Source of the DNA: an uncultured Phycisphaerales bacterium | Lineage (GTDB): Bacteria > Planctomycetota > Phycisphaerae > Tepidisphaerales > Tepidisphaeraceae | Reading direction: 5' to 3' | NCBI GenBank assembly: GCA_963844715.1 | Contig: CAWJPJ010000007.1 | Location: 384,001-448,000 of the forward strand | DNA length: 64,000 bases | Shown: positions 1-8,897 of the stretch, one piece after another | Layout: each line of letters opens with the position of its first letter | How positions within the stretch are numbered: position 1 is the stretch's first letter | Program-made: the position numbers and the translations under genes | Notes under the pieces: generated by a model | What the model was told of the DNA's origin: nothing | The model's database searches: none | Seen by the model: only the letters and a program-made list of their open reading frames with translations

Positions 1-489
1 ATCTACGACACCCGAAAGACCATCCCCGGCCTGCGCCTCCTCGAGAAATACGCCGTCCGCTGCGGCGGGGGGGTCAACCATCGCGTCGGCCTCTACGACG
101 GTCTCCTCGCCAAGGACAATCACATCGCCGGCGTCGATATCAAATTACTGGCCGCCCATCTCTCCGGCGTCGTCGAAAAAAGCCGCGCCGAAGTCCCTGA
201 CCGTTTTATCGAAATTGAAGTCGACAGCCTCGACCAGATGCGCGAAGTCCTCAAAGTCGACGGCGTTCACGTCATCCTCCTCGACAACATGGATTGCCCG
301 CGTATGCAATCCGCCGTCGAACTCCGCGACAGGGCGGGCAAAAGAGGAAAAATCGCCCTCGAAGCCTCCGGCGGCGTCACCCTCGAAACCGTCCGATCCA
401 TCGCCCTCACCGGTGTCGAGCGAATCTCCGTCGGCGCCATCACCCACTCCGCCCCGGCCTTAGATGTCGGTCTCGAAATCGAAACCTAG
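1..489 (+). CDS. nadC: Nicotinate-nucleotide diphosphorylase (quinolinate phosphoribosyltransferase), 5'-truncated by the window
   Basis: Frame 1 from base 1 reads IYDTRKTIPGLRLLEKYAVRCGGGVNHR..KDNH..EIEVD..ILLDNM..EASGG..ISVGAITHSA; TAG at 487-489. Confidence 0.96.
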   Translation: MYDTRKTIPGLRLLEKYAVRCGGGVNHRVGLYDGLLAKDNHIAGVDIKLLAAHLSGVVEKSRAEVPDRFIEIEVDSLDQMREVLKVDGVHVILLDNMDCPRMQSAVELRDRAGKRGKIALEASGGVTLETVRSIALTGVERISVGAITHSAPALDVGLEIET

Positions 490-516
490 ATATCGCCCTC
501 ATCCCTTCCTAGGGTA

Positions 517-539
517 TTCCCATAGTTTTCGCAGGATGG
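517..539 (-). repeat. Dispersed 23-nt motif, copy A (CCATCCTGCGAAAACTATGGGAA)
   Basis: Matches copies at 20435-20457, 24015-24037 and 43790-43812. Confidence 0.85.
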
Positions 540-892
540 ATGAGCCTCCCGCAAACCTCCCGATTTTTATTTTTCCACCGCCGTTTATCGGACGCCCAGC
601 CCGCCGGATCGCCCCAAAGACACCGCTTTCCGGTCCCCTGTAAAACGGGGCGACTTAAGTTGTCTGTGCCGCGCGACGATGACGGGGATGTTCCATTCCC
701 TGTTGCGCGGATACGTCGCAAAACGCGTCGCGCCCGCACAGGTGGCCGACCGGTAATAAACGGTTTACCAATTGCGATGGAGCGTCGCTTACCTGGGTTG
801 CCGCGGTCCTTATGTAAGGCTTCGGCCCTCAAACGCGCCGTTCGCGAATATCCACGATCGGCGGGCGCAACACACTGTGAGGAGGACATCGC

Positions 893-1366
893 ATGTCCGC
901 GATTCGTCAGTCAACGCGTAAGGCGTTTACGCTGGTGGAAATTCTGATCGTCGTGATTATCCTCGGGATTCTCGCCGCGATCGTCATTCCCCAGTTCACC
1001 AACGCCAGCAGCGACGCTCGCAACAGCAGCCTCGCCAGCACTCTCCAGACCCTGCGCAGCCAGGTCGAGCTCTTCAAGCTCCAGCACGGCGACACGCTGC
1101 CCAACCTGCTCACCACCACCACGGGCTGGGCGCCGTTCACCGGCACCACCACCTACGGAAACCCCGCCCAGACTTTCGGTCCCTACATGCAGGCGACCCC
1201 CGTCAATCCTGAAAACGGATTCAGCACCGTCATCGACAGCACCTCCGCTCCCGGCGCCACCGTCGCCACCGGGACCGGCTTCGTCTACGACTACAACGGC
1301 GGAAATGGTTCGGGTGAAATTTACGGCACGTCCGACACGGCCGGCACCATCGTCGCGCCTTATTAA
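893..1366 (+). CDS. Type IV pilin / GspG-like major (pseudo)pilin
   Basis: Class III signal RKA|FTLVEILIVVIILGILAAIVIPQF with E5; GGAGG RBS at 881-885; C-terminal GPY..PVNP motif. Confidence 0.92.
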   Translation: MSAIRQSTRKAFTLVEILIVVIILGILAAIVIPQFTNASSDARNSSLASTLQTLRSQVELFKLQHGDTLPNLLTTTTGWAPFTGTTTYGNPAQTFGPYMQATPVNPENGFSTVIDSTSAPGATVATGTGFVYDYNGGNGSGEIYGTSDTAGTIVAPY

Positions 1367-1370
1367 ACTT

Positions 1371-1402
1371 CCCGGGCCGTTTGGAGGCGCGCGCGGCCCG
1401 GT
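1371..1402 (+). terminator. GC hairpin after the first pilin gene (possible attenuator or mRNA-stabilising stem)
   Basis: CCGGGCCG..CGGCCCGG stem 5 nt after the stop; weak U tail. Confidence 0.35.
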
Positions 1403-1541
1403 TATCCCGGTTCTCCCGGCCCATGGCCCGGAGTCGCGCCCATTTTGAGTTAGGGCGAGGCCCCAGTGGCGAGCATGATCCCCATCCCCACCGACTCACT
1501 TCACGGCTCAAGCCGCCGTCCGAATCGCCGCGCCTTCCAGT

Positions 1542-2121
1542 TTGAAAGTAAAATCACGCGGCGCTCCTCGGCCGTACCAGCAACCGGCAACTAGCCGAAG
1601 GGCCGCCGCGGCGGCCAATTGGCAACTACTCTGCCTTCACGCTCGTCGAAATCCTCATCGTCGTGATCATCATTGGCATTCTAGCCTGCATCGTCATTCC
1701 GCAGTTCACCAGCGCCAGCCAGCAGACCCGCGAAAACACCATCAAGGACGACTTGCGCTATCTGCGAACACAAATCGAGGTCTTCAAGGCCCAGCACCAG
1801 GACATTCCCCCTGGATACACCAGCGGCAATCCCGACCGCGTCGCCTCCGCGCAGGCCTTTTCCGATCAGCTCACCATGCACACCGATATCAATTGCAACA
1901 CCAGCACCACTGCCTCCTCGCAGTTCTGCTACGGGCCCTATCTCAGCCAGTTGCCCACCAACCCGATTGATGGCGACGCGACGATGACCATGGTGGCCAA
2001 CAACCAGTCCATGCCCGCCCCCGACAGCACAACCGGATGGATCTACCAGCCCCAGACCCAACAGATCATGGTGAATCTCACCGGGAATGACAGCAGTGGC
2101 ACGCCGTACTACAGCTACTAA
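1542..2121 (+). CDS. Second GspG-like pilin; start uncertain (leader out of frame with the mature part)
   Basis: Frame 1 gives SA|FTLVEILIVVIIIGILACIVIPQF from 1630, paralogous to 893..1366; no in-frame start after the stop at 1549; candidate TTG at 1542 is in another frame. Confidence 0.85.
1581..1629 (+). repeat. REP-like palindrome GGCCGCCGCGGCGGCC flanked by (G/C)GCAACT-type heptamers
   Basis: CAACCGGCAACTAGCCGAAGGGCCGCCGCGGCGGCCAATTGGCAACTAC; near-identical to the reverse complement of the reconstructed IS target at 32041-32078 + 32969-32983. Confidence 0.85.
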
Positions 2122-2682
2122 TCCGGGCCAATTCCCGCGCGAGGCTTCACCCTTCTCGAGGCCCTCGCCGCCGCGGTGGTTTTGTCGATCCTGGTCATCG
2201 GCGTATGCGGCGTCCTTAGCCAGTCCTACCAGCAGACCCAGGCCTCACAGAGCAACGCCACCGGCGTTCTCCTCGCCCAGCAGCTCGCCGACGAAATCGC
2301 CTCCAAGCCCATGGCCGATCCCACCACCGGCTCCACCACCCTCGGCCCAGACACCGGCATGACCACCCGCGCCACCTTCACCCGTGCAACCAATTACGAC
2401 GGGTACACCGATACCAGCACCGCCCTCCCACTCCTGGCCGGCGGGTCCATGAATGTCACCAACCCACAGAATTTCCCCGGCAATTTCGTGTACACGCGCT
2501 CGGTGTTGCCCCTCTCCGGAGCGACATCCATGGTCGGCGCCAAAGTGATGTGCAATGGGACGTTGTATGACACGCTTTCTCCAACCACGAATTTCGCGAT
2601 TTTCACAGTGACTGTCACTTGTCCCGACGGAAACAGCGTGTCGATTCCCGGATTCACGGCCAACTATTCGGTCCAACGGTAA
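2087..2682 (+). CDS. Minor pilin (PilV/GspI-like), frameshift near 2135
   Basis: RG|FTLLEALAAAVVLSILVIG in the 2176 frame; the ATG at 2087 supplies the leader. Confidence 0.82.
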
Positions 2683-2685
2683 TTC

Positions 2686-3390
2686 ATGTTGAGAAAAGCT
2701 GCTAGTTGCCAGTCGCCAATCGCCAATAAAACTTGGCGGCGATTCCGCGCTTTTACGTTTGTCGAATTGATGATCGGATTGGTCATTACCGCAATGGTCC
2801 TAGCCGCAATGGCCGCCGTCATGACCGCCGTCGCTGAAGGATGGGAGGATGGAGCCGTCAGCCAGTCCACACAAATCCAGGCCAATCAGATTTACACCCG
2901 CGTCCAGAAAATCCTCTCCAGCGCCAAATTCATCGTCCTCCCCTCCGACGGCAGTTCCGGAAGCTCCATCATCTTCTGGGCCAACGACAACCTAATCGCC
3001 GATTCCACCGTCGAAGCCGGAGAACTGGGCCTCATCACCTGGGACAGCCCCACCCAGTCCCTCTACCTCTACGAAGCCGAGCCCAATCTAACCGGCAGCC
3101 AGCTCGCCGCCGCCGAAACCCAATTGAACTGGTCCACCCTCCAAACCCTCACGCCCGCCACGATCGAAAGCTGGACGACGTACATGCAAAAGACAACCCT
3201 CGGCGGCCCCGGCACCACAGGCAGCGCCAGCGCGCTCCAAATCACCGGCGCCAATTTCTATGTCACCGGCTTAAACAGCACCACCCAACTCCCCATCGTC
3301 GAATTCTCCCTAACCTTCACCAAGAACGGACAATCCGTAACCCTCTACAACTCCACCACAATGCGAGGCCCCAGCACTCAACCGAATTGA
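2686..3390 (+). CDS. Minor pilin (PilW/GspJ-like)
   Basis: RA|FTFVELMIGLVITAMVLAAM prepilin motif. Confidence 0.85.
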   Translation: MLRKAASCQSPIANKTWRRFRAFTFVELMIGLVITAMVLAAMAAVMTAVAEGWEDGAVSQSTQIQANQIYTRVQKILSSAKFIVLPSDGSSGSSIIFWANDNLIADSTVEAGELGLITWDSPTQSLYLYEAEPNLTGSQLAAAETQLNWSTLQTLTPATIESWTTYMQKTTLGGPGTTGSASALQITGANFYVTGLNSTTQLPIVEFSLTFTKNGQSVTLYNSTTMRGPSTQPN

Positions 3391-3391
3391 A

Positions 3392-4888
3392 ATGAATCAA
3401 GAACTTCAAATCCCGACCGCCCCCACAACGCCCCGAGCCGGCGTTCCAGAAATTTGTCCCCTCTCCCTGTGTACTCACGGGGAGAGGGTTAGGGTGAGGG
3501 GCGACTTTCGATCGTCGAGCGCCGCCCCTCACCCTAGCCCTCTCCCCGGAGTACCGGGGCGAGGGGACCGATGCGCGAGCCGACAACAAAAGTCACAACG
3601 TCGACAACCCCCGACGCCCCCTTCGAGGGGGCTACCTGAAGACATCCCCTATGGGGGTGGAGCTTCCCTTGTCATTCGTCATTCCAGACGAGCCTTCGCC
3701 CTAGTCCTGGTCGTCTGCGTCATGGCTCTCGCCGCCATCCTCAGCTACGCCCTCCTCGCCACCGCATCCATCCAAGCGGCTCAAAGCAACAATCAAATTG
3801 CCGCCGCCATCGCCCAAGCCCAGGCCGAATCCGGCGTCAAACTCGCCATGTATTATCTCCTCAATCCTCAATACGCCCCCAGCCTGCTCGTCAGCAATTC
3901 CGTGCCATACTGGCCCGGCACGCGCCGGGTCCCCCGTCACCTTCGCCACCACCGGCTCCCCCTCAGCCCAAATGCCCGGCTGGGTAACTATCTCCGTCAC
4001 CCCGCCCGCCAATCAGATGACGAACACCTACACCGTCGTCGCCACAGGTTACAGCTCCGGCGTTGGCGTCGACATCGGAACCGGTACCCAAGCCATCACC
4101 CGAACCATCACCGCCCAGGTTGAACTCACCTATCAAGTCCAGCAAGCCCTCGCCCTGAATCAGTCCGCCGCCCATCATCGGCTCTGGCGTCACCATCATC
4201 GGATCGCCCACTGCCATCCGCGCCGCTGGAACCCTCACCCTCGATCTCGGCGACATCCATTTCCGGCGGAATCGGCGCTCTCAATTTGCTTCAGATTCCA
4301 TCCGGATTATTCAACGGCACACTTCTCTCGGCCCCGGGCAGCGCCCCGGCCCCAACCTCCAGTTCCATCAATCACTACGCCACCTATCTCTATCAAGGAA
4401 CGATCTATTCCGCCGCGGCGTTGTCCGGCGGCACCTTGAGCAGCGGGACCATCCCCGCCTACGACCCCGTCCACAACCCTCTCAACGTCTTCTATTACAC
4501 CGGCAACATCACCCTCGCCGGCAACGTCAACTTTCAAGGCACTCTCATCGCCGTCAACGGCAACATCATCGCCCAGAGCGCTAACAACGTGATTACCGCC
4601 TACTCAACCATGCCCGCTCTTGTTGCCGACAAGTCGCTCGAAGTGAAAAGTTCAAACGCCTCCCTCACCGTCAACGGCCCCGTCTATGCCGGCAGCGGAA
4701 TCGCCTCCGGCGGCGGGATCAACACCGGTTCCAAAATCGTCATCAACGGCGGCATGCTCATCGACTCGGGTCTGGTTACCCCTCCCACAGGCTCGACCCT
4801 TTCGATCACTTACAACTCCACTTACGCCTCCGCCCCCGCGCTGAGTTCGGTCGCCAACGCGGTGCAACTGGTCTCCTGGTCCCAATGA
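3392..4888 (+). CDS. PilX/GspK-like minor pilin with large beta-rich C-terminus; frameshifts near 3920, 4170 and 4260
   Basis: RRA|FALVLVVCVMALAAIL (no E5, as in PilX/GspK) followed by AQAQAESGV; continues through ORFs 3798 and 4286; ends LVSWSQ. Confidence 0.78.
3456..3568. repeat. Composite palindromic repeat (CCCCTCACCCTAGCCCTCTCCCC type)
   Basis: CCCTCTCCC..GGGGAGAGGGTTAGGGTGAGGGGC..GCCCCTCACCCTAGCCCTCTCCCC..GGGGCGAGGGGAC; nested inverted repeats. Confidence 0.9.
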
Positions 4889-4907
4889 ACACAAAAGAGG
4901 TGCACGG

Positions 4908-5147
4908 ATGAATACCAACAAACTTCTGAGCGCGATTCTCGTTCTTCAGATTCTGACGCTCCTCAATCAGTTCCTCGCTCCCTCGCTCCCAGCCGCGCGC
5001 GGCCAAATCCCCGACGCCGGGGCACAGCAAAATGACGTCATCCAAAATCTGCAAAACCTTAACGACAAAATGGACAAGCTGGTCGGGATTTTAGAGTCCG
5101 GGAAACTTCAGGTTCAGGTCGCAAAACCCGATGACTCACAAAAGTGA
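4908..5147 (+). CDS. Small exported/membrane hypothetical protein with a short coiled coil
   Basis: 79 aa; hydrophobic N-terminus; GAGG RBS; in operon context. Confidence 0.7.
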   Translation: MNTNKLLSAILVLQILTLLNQFLAPSLPAARGQIPDAGAQQNDVIQNLQNLNDKMDKLVGILESGKLQVQVAKPDDSQK

Positions 5148-5218
5148 CGTCAGCTCGGAAGGCGATTTCACGCCCCCTCGCGGATCGTCATAAGTGATAA
5201 ATTGACAAGAGATTAAGT

Positions 5219-5782
5219 ATGACCCGGCCCCCGTCTGGTCTCGGCTCGCATTCCGCTCCACGCCGGGGATTTACGCTCATCGAAATATTATCGGTCGTCC
5301 TCATTCTGGGAATTATTTCCGTCATCGTCGTCCCCCAAATCGGCCAGCGCGGCGACCTCCAGGCCGCCGCCGCCGCGCGCGTCCTCATCTCCGACCTCAC
5401 TTACGCCCAGAACCGCGCCATCTCCACCGGCGGCTGGACCTACGTCACCTTCAGCACCGCCAATCAAAATTACACGCTCTACAGCGGCACCTCCTCCGCG
5501 CCTTCCGCCACGCCCCTGACTCACCCGGTCAATACCGGAAATTACACCATCGTCTTCGGCGGAACAGGCGCGAGCGCCCTCTCCGGGGCCACCCTCACTT
5601 CCGTCAACATCGGAAGCAACGCCTCCACCCTCGCCTTCGACTCGACAGGGATTCCCTACTCCTACGTCGGTGGCGGCGCGCCCGTCGAATTGACCAGCCC
5701 CGCGCAGGCCGTGATCTCCAGTAACAATTATTCCGTGACCGTCAGCATTGAGCCGGCCACGGGGGACATCAGTGCCCAGTGA
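5219..5782 (+). CDS. GspH/FimT-like minor pilin
   Basis: RRG|FTLIEILSVVLILGIISVIVVP; AAARVLISDLTYAQNRA. Confidence 0.88.
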   Translation: MTRPPSGLGSHSAPRRGFTLIEILSVVLILGIISVIVVPQIGQRGDLQAAAAARVLISDLTYAQNRAISTGGWTYVTFSTANQNYTLYSGTSSAPSATPLTHPVNTGNYTIVFGGTGASALSGATLTSVNIGSNASTLAFDSTGIPYSYVGGGAPVELTSPAQAVISSNNYSVTVSIEPATGDISAQ

Positions 5783-7060
5783 TCAAATTCGACCCCTGGA
5801 AATGGACCAAGCGCCAGATTCAGCCCATCGGGCTCGACATCGGCCACGACAGCATCAAGCTCATGCAGCTTGAGGTGCGCGACAATGTCCCCTGGGTCCA
5901 TCGCATGGCCCGGAAAGTTCTCATCCATGGCAGTGACGCAGCCGCCGCCCGCGACGGCGAGTTGGTCCGCCCCGAGGCCGTCGAGGTGATCCGCCAGTTG
6001 CTCGCCGACAACGATTTTCGCGGCCGCGCCGTCGTCACCGCCCTCCCGCGCCAAATCGTCCAGGTCAAGAACCTGCGCCTTCCCGTGATGCCCGCCGCCG
6101 AAATGGCCGCCGTCGTCCAGTTCGAGGCCCGCAACATCTTCACCTTCGATCAGAACGAGGGCCGCATCGACTTCATCCCCGCCGGCGAAGTTCGCCACGG
6201 CTCCGAAGTCCGCCAGGAAGTCATCGCCCTGGGCGCTAAACACGCCGACATCGACCGCTTTCTTGAGCAATTGCATCCCTCGGGCGCGGTTGTCGATTCC
6301 CTCGATGTCGAGCCGTGCGCCCTCTACCGCTGCATCGCCCGATTCGTCCGCCGCCGCGACGACGAACAGGAAATTCACGTCCTCATCGACGGCGGCATGT
6401 ACCGCACCCAGGTTCTCATCGGCAAAGGCCGCGACATCAGCTTTTATAAGTCGATCGAAATCGGTGGCGGAAAGTTCAACGAGTCCGTCAGCCGAAAATT
6501 GGGCATCACCATCCAGGAGGCCCGCACCCTGCGCCGCCGAATCGCCGCGGCGCCCGACGACACCGCGCGCGATCCCGTCCGCCAGGCCGTCTTCGACGCC
6601 ACCCGCAGCATCATGGAAGACCTCACCAAGGAAATTTCCCTCTGCCTCCGTTACTACTCTGTCACCTTCCGAGGCCAGCGTCCCAGTCGCGTCCGCCTCA
6701 TGGGCGGCGAAGCCCACGATCCCCAGCTCGTGACCATGCTGAGCGGGGCCCTTAGCATTTCCGTCGAGGCCGCGCGCCGCTCTTTAGCCTCAATTGCGCC
6801 CAAATCCCCAACCTCGACGGCGCCGCGCCCTCCGCCGAATGGTCGCTCGCCACCGGGCTCGGTCTCGAGCGCACCGAAGGAAAATTCGCCCCGCGCGACG
6901 GCACGCCTCGCTCCGCCAAGGGCCAGCCCGGCGCAGCCGAAGTCGTCGATTTGAATAGCGCGATTTCGCCCGCCGCTTCACTGGCTGGCGCCGCGCCAAA
7001 CCCCCAGGCCGAGCATTTCGCAGCCGTCCGCCGCGCGGCGGGAACGGAGTCCACCCATGC
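5779..7060 (+). CDS. pilM: Type IV pilus alignment protein PilM (frameshift near 6775)
   Basis: IGLDIGHDSIK actin-like motif; LIDGG..T; LMGGEA; directly upstream of pilN/pilO. Confidence 0.88.
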
Positions 7061-7671
7061 GTGAACTCGAATTCCTGCCCGCCTGGTATCCGGCCCTTCG
7101 ACGCCGACGCCGCATGGTCGCGTTGCAAGCCTACCTCGCCGGCGCCGTCCTGGCCGCCCTCGGCTTGTGGATGCTCCTTGCCGAGCGAAACGTCCGCGTC
7201 GCCGAGGGAGCCCTGAGCAATCTCCAGCGCCAGCTTGCCCTGACCGACGATCAGTTGCATCGCCTCAGTGAATTGCAGTCCCTCAAGCAGCAGATGTCCC
7301 AGCAGGCCGAAGTCGTCTCGCGTCTGGGTCCCCACGTCCCCGTCGCCCGCCTCATCGACGTTCTGCAGGACACCATGCCCGACGACATGGCCGTACTCGA
7401 CCTCTCCGCAGAAAATCAGTCGCAGACGAAGCAAAACACCACTCTCGCCGCGGCGGCGGGGGCCCAGCCCGTTCTCGTCCGAACCATGCTCATCCGTCTC
7501 CACGGCGTCGCCCCCAGCGACGTGGACCTCGGAAATTTCCTGGCCCGACTCTCCGCCGTCGAATATTTCAGCGACATCGCCATGACCTATTCAAAAGACC
7601 GCGTCGACAGCGGCCGCGCCATGAGGGAGTTCGAAGTCACCTTTACCATCCACCTGGATGATGGGAACTAA
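7057..7671 (+). CDS. pilN: PilN-domain protein
   Basis: ELEFLP N-terminal motif (INLLP-like), one TM helix, coiled coil, ferredoxin-like C-terminus (LHGVA..FEV). Confidence 0.85.
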   Translation: MRELEFLPAWYPALRRRRRMVALQAYLAGAVLAALGLWMLLAERNVRVAEGALSNLQRQLALTDDQLHRLSELQSLKQQMSQQAEVVSRLGPHVPVARLIDVLQDTMPDDMAVLDLSAENQSQTKQNTTLAAAAGAQPVLVRTMLIRLHGVAPSDVDLGNFLARLSAVEYFSDIAMTYSKDRVDSGRAMREFEVTFTIHLDDGN

Positions 7672-7674
7672 TCC

Positions 7675-8229
7675 ATGACTTCCCTCAAATCGCAAATCAA
7701 TTGGTGCCGGCGCATGCAGACGGGTCTGGTGGGCACGAGTTTGGCGCTCGTCGGGCTCTTTTACTTCGGCGGCTACCACCCCCAGATCGCCCGCCTGCGC
7801 GAACTCTCCTTCCAAATCGCCGGCGCCCGCCGCGATCTCGGCATGAGCAGCGCCCGCGCCCAGGGCCTTCCCGTCGTCGTCGCCGATATCGCGCGCCTCC
7901 GCGCCCAGCTCGCCGATTTCAAACGCCTGCCCAAAAATCTCGACCTCGGCCAGTTCGTCACCGAAATCACCGAAATGTCCCGCCGCACCAATCTTCAGAA
8001 ATTGGAATACAGCCTCAGCGGCGCTCCCCAGCAGGGCCAGCATTTCATGGTGCAACCCGTCACCCTGAAATTCCAGGGCGATTTCCTCAGCGTCTTCAGC
8101 TTTATCCAGCAGGCCGAGGACATGCAGCGCCTGACGCGCATCTCCAGCATTGCCATTCACGATTCGGATCTCACCAGCGGCTCCGTGAAGGTCGACGTCT
8201 CCATGGATTTGTATTTCTCGGAGGGATAG
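7675..8229 (+). CDS. pilO: PilO-domain protein
   Basis: TM helix, coiled coil, RLP, PVTLKFQGDF..F..RLTRI. Confidence 0.87.
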   Translation: MTSLKSQINWCRRMQTGLVGTSLALVGLFYFGGYHPQIARLRELSFQIAGARRDLGMSSARAQGLPVVVADIARLRAQLADFKRLPKNLDLGQFVTEITEMSRRTNLQKLEYSLSGAPQQGQHFMVQPVTLKFQGDFLSVFSFIQQAEDMQRLTRISSIAIHDSDLTSGSVKVDVSMDLYFSEG

Positions 8230-8862
8230 ATGCCGACCCCGGCCATGAAAACCTGGTCTGACAAGCTCCTCCAGCCCGCCAAGGCTTCGCCGAAAAAATT
8301 CTCGGTGATGGTCGGCCTCGCCCTCATCCTGGTCGTCCTGGTCCTTCGTCTCGTCTTCGGTTCATCCGGCCCCTCGTCCGCCTCGGCGTCCGTCTCTAAA
8401 TTCGTTGGCGGCACGATCTCCGCCGCTCTGGGCCAATCCGCCGACTCCAACGCCCCGCAGCATATTTCCGCCCAGGAATGGGCCATCCTCGAATGGGCTC
8501 GCCAGCCCATCGTCCCCCTCAAACGCAATTTCTTCGCCGTCCCGCTCGATGACTATCGCCGCGACGGCGACCAGGCCCCCGAGTTATCGGTCGGCGCCGG
8601 ATTTTGGGACCGGCTCGCAAAGTCCCTCACAGCCCATGCCGATCAACAGGAACAGCGGCAGATCCTCATCGAGAACGTCCGGATCATGGCCGCTTCGCTC
8701 AAATTGCAATCCATCGTCATGGGCAACCAGCCCAGCGCGATGGTCAATGGCGAAGTGGTCACCGAAGGATCCGATATCGCCGGTTTCCACGTTCTGCGCA
8801 TCGAGCCGCGAACGCTCATCGTCGAACGACAAGGTGTTCGCCTCGCGATCGTCATGGAATAG
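8230..8862 (+). CDS. PilP/GspB/GspC-like bitopic protein
   Basis: One TM helix; RNFF; C-terminal LKLQSIVMG..AMVNG..EG..I..F.VLRIEP. Confidence 0.7.
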   Translation: MPTPAMKTWSDKLLQPAKASPKKFSVMVGLALILVVLVLRLVFGSSGPSSASASVSKFVGGTISAALGQSADSNAPQHISAQEWAILEWARQPIVPLKRNFFAVPLDDYRRDGDQAPELSVGAGFWDRLAKSLTAHADQQEQRQILIENVRIMAASLKLQSIVMGNQPSAMVNGEVVTEGSDIAGFHVLRIEPRTLIVERQGVRLAIVME

Positions 8863-8897
8863 GTCCCGCCGTGTCTTGCTGGTGCTAAGGATTGGTT

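Noticed and set aside
700..805. c-di-GMP-I riboswitch (GTCGCAAAAC and GGGTTGCC resemble parts of it)
   Set aside because: No GGCAAA start, GAAA tetraloop or receptor in the required order
8405..8897. 829-aa secretin start from the ORF track
   Set aside because: Overlaps the preceding gene out of frame; a signal-like N-terminus starts at ATG 8898
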